The position numbers and the translations under genes are program-made. The notes beneath the pieces are model-generated. The model searched no databases and had not been told where the DNA came from. It saw only the letters and a program-made list of their open reading frames with translations. From contig NEEC01000012.1 of NCBI GenBank assembly GCA_002189035.1, positions 248,001-312,000 on the forward strand: a stretch of 64,000 bases of DNA, read 5' to 3'. Positions 23,701 through 34,919 of this stretch are shown here, one piece after another. The first letter of the stretch is position 1. Every line of letters starts with the position of its first letter. Source of the DNA: Utricularia gibba. Its lineage: Eukaryota; Plantae; Magnoliophyta.

Positions 23701-24987
23701 CCTAGGAAAAAATACTATGATGGAGTATGAAATCGGTAAATGACACGTAGAATGATTATAAGACAAATACACAAATTGGTGGAAGGATTGAGCATCAAAT
23801 CGGTATCCATTGGATGAAATTGGTTTGGGGAGGAGATGATTTATGACAACACATAAGCGAGGATAGAGGTGAGAGGCGCTGAAATAGGATAGAGTTAACT
23901 ATTTCAACAAAACCTAAAAAGTAGTTGAATTGCAGGAACTCTAGATCACTTGTTGGTTATGTGTCAATAGGACCATATACACACTCACTAGACGTAGAAA
24001 GTGGCTGACAACCGTAGGATTCGGTTGGCTTGATTTGTCTTATAAATGAGGGAGAGTTTGAAGGAAAAAGGGGATTCCACTTTTTATACATTATTTTGTA
24101 ACCCTTTTTATCTTCTTTTTGAGTGAAATTATTTTTCCGGTGAGCTTCTATAATTCTGTGGTTTTTTTTGTTGCGACGGTTTTTTACATAAAAATCCTCA
24201 TTTTTTTTATTGCTTTCATCCCAACAATGACTCAAAAACTCGAAAATGATAAATTGGATACGCACAAATCGATTTCATAGCCTGAAAATAGTCTATTCTC
24301 AATAATATGATTTTCGATCGCAGCACGCTATTATTACAAAACGCAAACCTTGACACAATCAATGCTCTAACGACAACTTTTTATCAGAATTTTGTTTCAA
24401 CTTTAACAAAGTGACGGTAAATATGATGGAGAAAGGAACTTAAAGACGTTTGCTATAGTGATTTTGAAGATCCAATTATAATGAGTATATAGGGATGGGT
24501 TAGCTGTAACTCATATCCTTATGTTTTAAATTGCCAAAGTAGCTTACACCTTACCCAAGCAAGTATGAGAATTCCAAACCCCCACCTCACCAACATGCAT
24601 GGGCATTGGTTATACTTAACCCACACCCATATGTCATTGTAGGACCCTTTCTTGCTACTATCAAAGGGTATGTGTTAAGTCATAATTCAAGCTCATATGT
24701 TATTTTCGAACGTTTTCTTGTCACTATGCACATGTGTGAGTTATAATTAATCTAGGATCTTAGATTATTTTTTCTCACCTAAGATATGAGCATTAGTTAA
24801 CAATAATCCATGCTAGTAACAAATACATTAATTTCTAAGAAAGTACATTAATTTACACTAAATCATGTTAAAATAAGTTATATTATCATTCATTTAAAAG
24901 TATTATAATGCAATACGCTAAAAAATTTTGATTACTGTTTAAATATATAAAATCTTGAAGCTCTTGACAGAGGGATCCGCGTCATCA

Positions 24988-25075
24988 CTATGGGCCAAGC
25001 CCAGCCTCTTGCTCACGTGTATGGGCTGAAGGGCAACGTCGATGCCAACGGCCCAGCCAAAGAAACAGGCCCACG
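24988..25075. promoter_or_regulatory. Site II (TGGGCY/RGCCCA) cluster with a G-box and an MSA-like CCAACGG
   Basis: Five site-II-like motifs, CACGTG at about 25014 and CCAACGGCC at about 25045, within 90 bp and about 700 bp upstream of the LRR-RLK ATG. Confidence 0.4.
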
Positions 25076-25784
25076 ATGCCCCTTACTTCAGCCGTCGCTA
25101 ACTTCACACTCCGCGTCTTAATGTCGCTGTTAAAAACATTCGGCGGAATTAGAGTGGCGTCGGGTGTCGCACCCATTCACTGGAGTTACTGCAGAAATGA
25201 AGAAGAATGCCCAATGATTAAATTAAATTGAATATCCCATCTCTTTTCTCTTATGCCCAATTATTATTATAATTATTATTGTGAATTCAGTGCATTATTC
25301 CTCATCCCTGTTTTTCAGCCTTTTATTTCTTGTTTGACAAAAATAGTTGGAAAAAACACAACCGTTTCTTGGGCCCCATGCGTATTTGTATGATTTGCCT
25401 CCTCATCAGGAGCCAAGATGCCTATTCCATGGAATCTTTGAACCCTAGACCCTAAATTAAATCTTGCAACCCACAAGCTTGAATGGATAAAGATGGTAGT
25501 TATTTTTCAACAATTGTGGTATATTTATTTATTTATAATTTTTAAAAAAAAAGGAAAAAGAGAGAAGGCGGCGTTGGGTAAACACAGCGCAGGGCAGGCA
25601 GGGAGTGTGCAAGAGAAGAGAGATGGCGCATGAAGAGGGCCCGTGCTGCTTGCTCTAGGGATGCCTTTGAATTGACGAACAGTACGCGGACAAGTCCATT
25701 TCACCATTTCTCATCCCCTCTCTCTTCGGGCGAATGATTCCTGTCCCGCTTCTCTGCTGAGCTTCGCTGTTTCTTCAATTCCCC

Positions 25785-28700
25785 ATGGCGCTCCTCAACT
25801 TCCTTCTCCTTCTCTCGCTCCTCCTCGCAGTCGCCGTTGCCGAAGATTCCGAGGTCGCCGCACTGCTGCATTTCAAGCGCACACTTCATGACCCGCTTGG
25901 CGTGCTCGACCAATGGGACGCTTCCACGCCGGCCGCACCCTGCGATTGGCGTGGCGTTCTCTGCGAGGAATTTAGAGTCAGGGAGCTCCGCCTCCCTCGC
26001 CTCCAGTTAAGCGGCGAAATCAGCCAGGAAATTGGGGGTCTCAGCTTCCTGCGGAGGCTTAGCTTGCACTCCAATAACTTCAGTGGCTCCATTCCACCCA
26101 CGATTTCAAAGTGCTCGCAGTTGGTGGCGGTGTACTTGCAGTATAATTCTCTCGGCGGCGAGATTCCTCCCTTGTTTTTCTCTAACCTCACCAGTCTCCA
26201 GGTTTTGAATCTCGCGCATAACTACATTTCCGGCGGCATTCCCGGCAGCATTTCCCCTAACCTGCGGATTCTCGACGTTTCCTCTAATTCTTTCTCCGGT
26301 GAGGTTCCGGGAAATTTTTCAGCCACCCAGCAGCTCCGCCTCATTAATTTTTCATTCAACCGTTTCTCCGGCCAGATCCCGGCCACGATTGGAGCATTGC
26401 AGCATTTACAGTACCTTTGGCTTGACGGTAACAGCCTCGTCGGCACTATTCCCTCGGCGCTCTCCAACTGCTCTTCTCTCGTACACGTCAGCGCCGGGGA
26501 TAATATGCTGACCGGAGTTGTTCCGGCGACCTTAGGGTCACTCAGAAACCTTCAAGCCGTTTCTTTGCCTGGGAATCAGTTAAATGGCGTGGTCTCAGCT
26601 TCTCTACTGTGTACCATTGCCGCAGTAAATGCTACTATCAGAATTCTAAACCTCAGCTTCAATGCACTCACGGGTCTTGAAAACATTGACGGCGAGTGTG
26701 TCAGCGCACTGGAAGTTTTGGATCTTCACGGGAATCAGATAAATGGTGTGTTCCCTGCGACCCTTGTAAATTTCTCGACTTTGAGAGTTGTCGATATTTC
26801 AGGGAACTTGATATCTGGAACTCTACCTGAAAATATCGGGGCGTTGGTACATTTGGAAGAGCTCAGAGTTGGAAACAACTCACTGTCTGGTGAAACTCCA
26901 AGAGGCTTGACACAATGTGGGTCCTTGAGAGTGTTTGACATCGGTAACAATCAGTTTTCTGGTTTTCTACCTGAGTTTGTAGGGGAAATGAAGAGCCTGA
27001 AAAGACTGGTTCTTGGTAAAAACTTGTTTGTTGGTTCAGTTCCGGCAACCATGGGAAATCTTTCATCTCTGGAAGAGTTGGATGTGGGTAACAACAATTT
27101 AACTGGGGTTGTTCCCCTAGAGTTGCTGAAGCTAGGTAACTTGACCACTCTGGATCTGAGCAACAACAAATTTTCTGATCAGATACTGCAAAATATTGGG
27201 GAAATGAAGCAGTTACAGGCTCTGAATTTGAGCGGCTGTGGATTTTCAGGGGTGATCCCCTCGACAATTGGTGATCTTCTGAACCTCAGATCTCTTGATT
27301 TCAGTAAGCAAAACTTGTCCGGGGAGTTGCCGGTTGAACTTTTTGGGCTTCCAAATCTGCAAGTTTTGGTTTTGGATTCAAATTTCTTTTCTGGGCTTTG
27401 CCTGAAGGTTTTAGCAGCTTGTCCAGTTTACAGTTTCTGAATCTTTCTTCCAATGATTTCACCGGTCCAATTCCGGAAACTTATGGTTTTCTTAGATCAT
27501 TGTCCGTTCTTTCCTTGTCTGATAATCAGCTATCGGGTTCAATTCCATCAGATTTGAGCCATTGTTCTGCTCTGAGAGTTTTGGAAGTCAGAGCAAATGA
27601 ATTGCAAGGCTCCATCCCTGCTTCTTTCTCTAAGTTATCCAGGCTGGAGAGGCTTGATCTTGGTCGGAACACACTTACTGGTGTCATCCCTGATAGCATT
27701 TCTAACTGCACATCTTTGGTTACTCTGTCGCTAGATTCGAACCAATTATCGGGGGGATTCCAGCCACATTGTCTAAGCTGTCTAGTCTAAAGAAGCTAGG
27801 CTTGTCTTCAAATAACCTCACAGGTGTTCTTCCTGCTAGTCTTGCTCTCCTCCCTGCTTTGGAGAGCTTAAATGTGTCGAATAATAATCTAAATGGCCCG
27901 ATCCCGGAGTCTCTGGCTCATCGATTCGACAGCCCTTCCGCCTATGCATCGAACAAGAACTTGTGTGGGAAGCCGCTGCAGAAGAGCTGTGCAAGCAGGG
28001 ATAGGCGAAGGCGAATTCGATTGATTCTGTTCGTTACTGTGGCTGCTGCTGGGAGCGTGATGCTCCTCCTCTGCTGCTGTGGATATGTATACGGCTTGAT
28101 CCTATGGCGCCGGAAGCTCCTTGCTGTTGCAGCCGGAGAAAAGAAGCGGAGTGCTAGCCCCGGATCGCAGGGCTCCCGAGGGAGTGGAGAGAACGGAGCA
28201 CCGAAGCTGATAATGTTCAACAGCAAGATCACCTACGCAGAGACTGTTGAGGCGACAAGGCAGTTTGATGAGGAGAATGTGCTGAGCCGAGGGAAGTACG
28301 GCCTTCTCTTCAAAGCAACCTACGCAGACGGAATGGTGCTCGCCGTTCGCCGGCTTCCCGACGTGTCGATTCCGGAGCATACGTTCCGTAAAGAAGCCGA
28401 ATCTCTAGGCAGAGTGAAGCACAGAAACCTGACTGTTCTCCGAGGATACTACGCCGGCCCTCCTCCGGATATGCGTCTCATGATTTATGACTACATGCCA
28501 AATGGAAACCTCGCCACGCTGCTTCAGGAGGCATCGCACCAGGAAGGCCATGTCCTGAACTGGCCGATGCGCCACCTTATCGCACTCGGGATTGCTCGAG
28601 GACTAGCCTTCCTGCACTCTGTCCCCATCATCCACGGAGACGTGAAGCCGCAAAATGTGCTCTTCGACGCGGATTTCGAACCCCATCTTTCCGAAATCGG

Positions 28701-29154
28701 GCTCGATAAAGTGACGCTGCCGGCTACAACCGAGACATCGACATCCGCATTACCGATCGGAACACTCGGCTACGTTGCACCGGAGGTCACACTCACAGGG
28801 CAATCGACGAAAGAAGGCGATGTGTACAGCTTTGGCATTGTGGTGCTCGAGATACTCACCGGGAAGAAGCCGGTGATGTTCACTCAGGATGAGGATATCG
28901 TGAAGTGGGTGAAGAGGCAGCTGCAACGCGGGCAAGTTGCTGAACTTCTGGAGCCCGGGTTGCTGGAGCTGGACCCGGAATCATCAGAATGGGAGGAGTT
29001 CCTGCTTGGGGTGAAAGTCGGGTTGCTGTGCACAATGCCGGATCCCATGGAGAGGCCTTCCATGACGGACGTGGTGTTCATGCTGGAAGGCTGCAGGCTG
29101 GGTCCGGAGGCCACGTCTCCCGCCGATCCCACCGCCCTTCCCTCGCCTTCTTGA
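25785..29154 (+). CDS. MUS: Intronless LRR receptor-like kinase, MUSTACHES/MUS-like (At1g75640/At4g36180-like), about 1123 aa after correcting two -1 frameshifts
   Basis: Signal peptide, LRRNT (W..STPAAPCDWRGVLC), many LRRs, TM helix, juxtamembrane ENGAPKLIMFNSKITYAETVEATRQFDEENVLSRGKYG, kinase-like HGDVKPQNVLFDADFE. The three ORFs join if one G is added at 27393-27395 and one at 27751-27756. The symbol comes from recalled similarity. Confidence 0.85.
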
Positions 29155-29479
29155 TCCGATTCCGACAACTTCCCCAGGGTTCATGTTATGTTGCAGTATT
29201 CTTTGCTTGTTTTAGATTCTTGCAATTGTTTGGACGATTCAATGCTTTTGGTTGGTTGAAATCTCGTCTTCTGCTATTTTTGTATGTGTTTACTGATTGG
29301 ATTAGATTTAATATTATAAGAAGCTGATTTTTATTCATATCAATTTTATTTAAATCCATAGAAATTAAAATCAAGAATATCCTAATCCCATAAATCAATG
29401 CAATTCCAGAGCATATATTCTACTTCCATTTTCAATATAAAATTAGTGTATTCTCTATCCAAAAAAATATAAAATTAAT

Positions 29480-30660
29480 GTTTTATTCTACAATCAAACA
29501 CGCCTGAGACAGGATAGGAATTATTAATTTTACTTCTTTAAAAAAACAAAAGCGAAGTAGCCGTTGGGTGTACCCAGTCTGGAAAAAGGTAGGGGGTGGG
29601 GCCAGGGTATTCTGAGGGGTCCCACGTAGTGTCCAATCAATATCAGTCTGCAGTCTGCAGACACCCTCCCCTTCTGTTTGTGTGTTTGTAAAGGTTTCAG
29701 TGCAGTTTTGGATCCTGTCACCGGACTCCATAAACAGGTAAACCGTAATTCCTCCAGTGCAGTAAAAAAAACACTGGGTGGGAGCTGCAGGTACAAATGT
29801 ACAAAAAAAGAAAAGGGGAAAACTGAATTTTTTTTTACTTGGATACTCTTGTTGACTGGTCGCAGGGGCCACGGACGCAGTTGTCTGTTTTCTTGTTTGC
29901 ACCATTTACTTCCCGCTGCATCTCCTGTCGGCAGATGATACAGAAACAAAATAGAAACTGCAACGTTCCTTTCAGTCTCCCTTGCCTCCCCTCCCCGGGT
30001 GGCGATAATTGATGATAATGAGATGATCATGTTATGAGTTTTGAAGGTCGCAGTGTTTGGGGACAATCGGAATCCAACCGGGAAACCGGGCGGTGCTCGG
30101 TATCCGAAAACTCTTTATCATGGTATTAAAAAGCAGGAGACAATCGGAATCCAACCGGCCGCCTTGCCACGCGATGCTTCAGACTTGGCCAGCGGAGCAA
30201 GAATTTTTTTACATCGAAACGTCATTGTTTCATCACAAGCACAACTGGTGATGATGGCTAAAAGCCTGCGCAATTAACTTACCAAGAAGAGTAAGGATTT
30301 GTGATCCTTTGTTACTGCTAGTTGTCATTCAGTAACAATGAGTTACACGAACACTTGCTTGCAAGATACTGGGAATAAATACGTTAACAAAAAAACAAAA
30401 AAGAAGAGTTTTAGGTCGGGTCAGAAGTTGGGACCGAGACGGGAATGAGGAGGTGTAACTTTTGCAGATGTAAAAGGCATGGCGAGAGTTACTGCAGCTG
30501 CTATCTATTGCGTGGGCCGAGAACATGGTCTTGGTGTGGCTCCCGGAATAAACAAACGTCGGCAGCGACCAGAGCAGAGCACCTTCTCTCTTTCAGAACC
30601 CTTTGGATGCTTTCCCCTCGTCAAAAGAAATCCAAGTGTTGGGTTTCGGGTGCCAATTTT
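29480..30660 (-). ncRNA. Putative spliced non-coding (or small-ORF) transcript, candidate snoRNA host
   Basis: Minus-strand pyrimidine tract plus CAG acceptor (30369), exon 30368-30283 with stops in all three frames, GTAAGT donor (30282), acceptor 29925, exon 29924-29839, GTAAAA donor (29838). GC-richer than the flanks. The ends are approximate. Confidence 0.4.
30175..30241 (-). ncRNA. Candidate box C/D snoRNA (67 nt), intronic
   Basis: Minus strand TGCT-T-GTGATGA ... CTGA-AGCA: perfect boxes C and D, a 4-bp terminal stem and canonical k-turn spacing. Confidence 0.6.
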
Positions 30661-30989
30661 GAAAATTTAAGTGAATTAAAGTCTAAGAAATAAAGAAAAT
30701 TAACCCATCAGAGGTACATTATTACTCTTCGGGCTTCGGACTTCTTTTTTTTTAAAAAATAAAATAAAACAAAACAAACGAGAATAAGAAAAAAAATAAT
30801 TTATGTAAAGAATTAAATAAGAAAAAAGAATAAGGTTGGGGCGGGCCTCGGTCCAACCAATTTTGCTATCAAAAGCATATGGACTTTGTTGGGTTGTAGT
30901 CCATGTCAGACTAGCTATCATCGGGTTCCTTTGTAGATTTGAGTGTGTCATAACAATCCCATTGAAAAAATACCTGAGTTTTGAAACAA

Positions 30990-31770
30990 CCCACCGTCAC
31001 TTTTGTCTATTTCAATTACTCAATCCTTATGACTTTACATTGTTTCCTTCCGCATAAAAGACCTTAAACAACATTAAGATGGTTTCTCTATTTAATCACG
31101 TTCTTTCCTTTGTCTATAATCAATATGAGATACCATCACAAGGTTCTTTACTCTACATTCTTCGCTTATTGCATACTCGGCATTCTCGGCGAGTGCCCCT
31201 TCATCCCAAAATTGATCCAAACCAAGGTTTATCAAATATAATGACCCACTATTGATTTATATGATATTGTTTGTTTTGAACACTCAATCCTTGTGGTTTT
31301 ACGTTCTCCCTATCTAAGAAAAAAACTTCATGCAAGATTAAGAAGGTTCCTCTATTTAAGCACGTCTCCTCTCCTACCTACAACCAATGTGTGATACTGT
31401 TACCAAGCTCCTAACCTTACATTCTCACCCTCTAACACACTAGCATCCTCACTAAGTACCCCCTCATTCCACTATTGCCATGAGCTCGAGTTTGGCTCTG
31501 ATATCAAATGTCACAATCAACACTCATCTTATACGATATTGTCTGCTTCGAATATTCAACTCTCATAGTTTACATTCTTTCCTTCCGGGAAAAAGGCCTA
31601 ATGCAAAATTTGCATTGTCATTCTACTAAATCTCATCCTCTCCTCCATCCATAACCAATGTGGGAGAGTACCACAAGGTTTCGGACTTTTTTATTCTCCC
31701 TCTCTTAATGTTGTCTTAGAGTGCCTTCTCATCCCACTATGACCCATGGGTTACGTGCTCTGATAACATA
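30990..31770 (-). mobile_element. Tandem array of about three TRIM-like units (period about 265-270 bp)
   Basis: Repeated blocks CGATATTGT..G, CCTCTATTTAA.CACG, CCAATGTG and CCCCTCATCCC. Reverse-complemented Met PBS GCTCTGATA(T/A)CA at 31495-31506 and 31757-31768, with a degenerate one at about 31230. Confidence 0.65.
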
Positions 31771-31771
31771 A

Positions 31772-34700
31772 TGTAATGCCCCACATACCATGCCATGTGA
31801 TGTAGTGCCTCCTGAGTGGGTTCCCATACACATCAAGAGTCTAAGATAAATCCGAAAATCACATTTTCATTAACATGATAAAAACAGCATTCCAACCAAT
31901 TCATAAGGGAAGGTGTTTCCAACAAAAATTGACGCACACAAAATTACGACTTTCAGATATTCCACTAGGCTCATTTACCTCATCGGTGTGTCCCCCATTG
32001 GCTTCCTCCATGGCCTCTTGATGTATGTCGTTTCCACAACAAATTTTAATATTTTTAAAACTCGTAAAACACAAAAGCGTAGTACGGGTGTCGAACACAG
32101 GGAGTTGTTTTCGAGTGAAAAGGTGAGGTACCCCGAATACAACTGTCACGATTTGTAAACGATTTTGAAAGTAAAAGGTGTGATAAACGTTGATGATGAA
32201 GCTTGAGTAAGGGAATAAGAGTGGTTTTGAACAGACAACCGAAATAAATGTAAACGATGAACCTTAAATAAAGTAAATGTTCCTGGGTATGGAATCATGT
32301 CCAGCTATGTTCGTTGCGTCTTCACTCTTCTCTGGTCTTCTTGAGTACTCGGTTATAGGCGTAAGGAATTGACTACCCTCCCTTACACTCTCTTGCAAGA
32401 AGACACAAGAATATCCCGATGTTGCTCCTCCTTGGACGAACGTGAGAATAAGAGGTCCTCCAGTATACCCTCACGGCCGAATTGTGTGCATGTGCCCGAG
32501 TGTTGCCAATGACCCAATGAGTCCAGATACGGGGTCACTACTTGTCCATTGATCCTGAGGTACGGCCATAGACAAAACGTAGTCTTCCTCCTGCCAACAG
32601 GGCATGAGTTGCTGCTTTCCACCTTGCTCCTCTTCAAAATCCGCGGATAGTGATAAGCTAACCATGAATCTTGAATAAGGGAACTATTACAGAAAGACTG
32701 CAACATAGTTGCACGAAGACATTGAAATCCATTTGGATTCAAAGAAAAGATGAAGATAAGTTAACGAAACATAGATCTAGGGGTGTCCCAACCCAGAAAC
32801 GGAAGTTTCTAGCCGCGAACGGCCATACAAACTAGAGAAAACGAAAACACGGTTCTAGAGAGAAGCTAGAGGAAAATCCTCTAGAGAGAGAAACAAAAGT
32901 CTAAACTAAACTAACTACTGCTTATCTAACGTCTGAACAGAACTGAACTTCAATGAGAGTCTGAGATTTCGTGTCCCCTTGGCTCTGCTGAACTTGGGAT
33001 GACTTGCAAGCAACGTCTGCTCTGACACTAGTACGGTAATGATGTCACCTGTCAAAGACTCTCGTATTCCGCACGTCAAGGCTCATGATTAGGCGTCTGC
33101 AATCTTCCGGAAATCAAGAGAATGTCAACTCAGGAAGATCCAATTTGTCGCCATTTGATGCCCTCTTTCTCTCACTTTTTGCCATGTGTACGCCTCTAGA
33201 AAAACTCAATAAAACTAACAAAATTATTAGATAAAATACAAGATTTAGGATAATTACCCTAAACTAGATAAAAATCTAAATCTCATATTATAGACTCCTA
33301 ATTACACATTTCTAATCAAAATTAGACATAAAAACAATCTAAGAAATAGTAAAAAAATGACACTTAACACCACTCCAACAACTAGTCCTACATACGAAAA
33401 TATAAAGATTAGTTCATGATAGGGCATCACAACCACATGGTTAAATCACACATGGAGAGTGTCCAAATCCTTCCACTCGAAGGCTCATTCGGCGATCATC
33501 CCACGAACTTGCCGCTAACATTGGATTTCGGGTACAAAACTTTTGTATTGACCCCACCCTAGAGGCTCATGGCTTCCACAGCCTCAACCGAGCCGAGTTG
33601 TCACTGGTATATCAATCGAACATCGACCTCACCTAAAGGCTCACTCAACTTTCTGCATGTGTGACATCTTCCCCCACCACTTCGGTTGATGCATGCTTGG
33701 CTAGCAGCAAGGGTCACCCTAGATAGTTTACCTCATTTTCGATGTCATGAATCCATTCGTGACTTGTCACTGCTCGTTCACCAACCTCATCTCAGTGTAA
33801 TGGAGTCTTGCATTTTCAATCATATAGCACTTAATAAGGTGAGATCCCTAAACTAACCTAGTGATTATTATTATATGCAAACTTCACTAAGAACACATGC
33901 TCATCTCAATTTCTTGGAAATTCAAGGGCACTCACCCATAGTAAATCCTCCAAGACTTGAATCATTCGATGCTACTAGCCATATATCTGAGGGTGCATTG
34001 TTGTACTCAGGGATAACTTACTTCCCAAAGCTTTCTGTAACACCCACCATAATTGAGACGTACATTGCGATCGAAAATATTTATGAAGATGACTGGTTTT
34101 TGGATTATGAAACTAATTTGTATGTATCTGATTTTTGAGTTGGGGTTTTTGGAGTGTTGTTGAAATGAAAGTGGTAAGAGAAGACAAGGATTTCCATGTG
34201 GAAACCATCGAAACAGAAAAATCATGGAGTTGGAGGAGCTCACCCAGAAATGGTTTCACTAAAAGTAGAAAGAAAGAAGAATTACAAATGATGTGTTGAG
34301 AGTCCAATGCCCCTTCCTTCAAACAATTTCATATTTATAGGAGAGGTCGTCGTGACTGAATTTTGTAGATGTTAGTTGCTTTCTATGCCTAGAAACTGTG
34401 CATGTGGTACTCTTGCCATATTATTGTCGATAGCTCTGAGATTCCTGCAATTTAGCTACTTTTCAAGTTTTGTTAGAATGGTTGTCACCATCTTGCTATG
34501 ATCCTTGTCATCCCTCCTACGTGTTAGAGGCCATCAAAAGCCATTTTCCTTTTTCCCAACCGATATTATCTAAGAAGAACGAATTTTGATATTTCGCTAT
34601 TCATGGATTTGCAAGTGCCCCCTATGATCACTTCCATGTGGCACTTACCAATTTCATGCCCTCATCAATATAAATCTCACATATCTGTTTGACACTATAC

Positions 34701-34800
34701 TCATCGCCACGTCATGCAATCTCAGCACTTTTGTGACATATACTCAAATTGGCTTAAAGATGCTCCATTTTGAGAAGATTGAAATGAGGTGAGCAACTAG
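31772..34800 (-). repeat. Decayed Ty3/gypsy (Tekay/Del-like) LTR-derived sequence hosting a solo LTR
   Basis: TGTAATGCCCC directly after a reverse-complemented PBS; TATTTATAGG at about 34333; no clear coding. The right boundary is uncertain. Confidence 0.4.
32019..33369 (-). mobile_element. Solo LTR, diverged family A member (1351 bp)
   Basis: Minus strand starts TGTTAAGTGTC and ends GGAAACGACATACATCA; flanks CCTCT and CCACT (4/5 TSD); shares a core with the other family A LTRs. Confidence 0.8.
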
Positions 34801-34919
34801 TAACTGTAATAGCCCGTTAGATCGTTGGTGCTCCACTTTGATTCGTTGATAGACTTTACATCGGGTCACAAATTCTATGATATTTCTTTTCATCCATGGT
34901 CATCAATAAGCGCTATGGA

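Noticed and set aside
25785-29154. Three separate LRR/kinase genes, or introns at the ORF breaks
   Set aside because: There are no splice signals or spacer DNA; single-base corrections give one continuous LRR register.
30055-30160. tRNA gene, SINE or CRISPR-like repeat
   Set aside because: Only a T-arm-like piece is present, with no D-arm or anticodon arm. Two repeats in a eukaryotic intron do not make a CRISPR array.
30430-30545. Possible H/ACA snoRNA on the minus strand (ATAGCA H-box, ACA-CCT)
   Set aside because: The hairpins are weak and the pseudouridylation pockets unclear; not supportable without folding and covariance analysis.
31658-31665. USE-like TCCCACAT (reverse complement) suggesting an snRNA promoter
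   Set aside because: It is part of the repeated TRIM-like unit, with no snRNA-like gene at the right spacing.
32383-32742. Conserved LTR-encoded peptide (GHWQ..GTC.QFG)
   Set aside because: Frames differ or contain stops between copies; the similarity is explained by DNA-level conservation.
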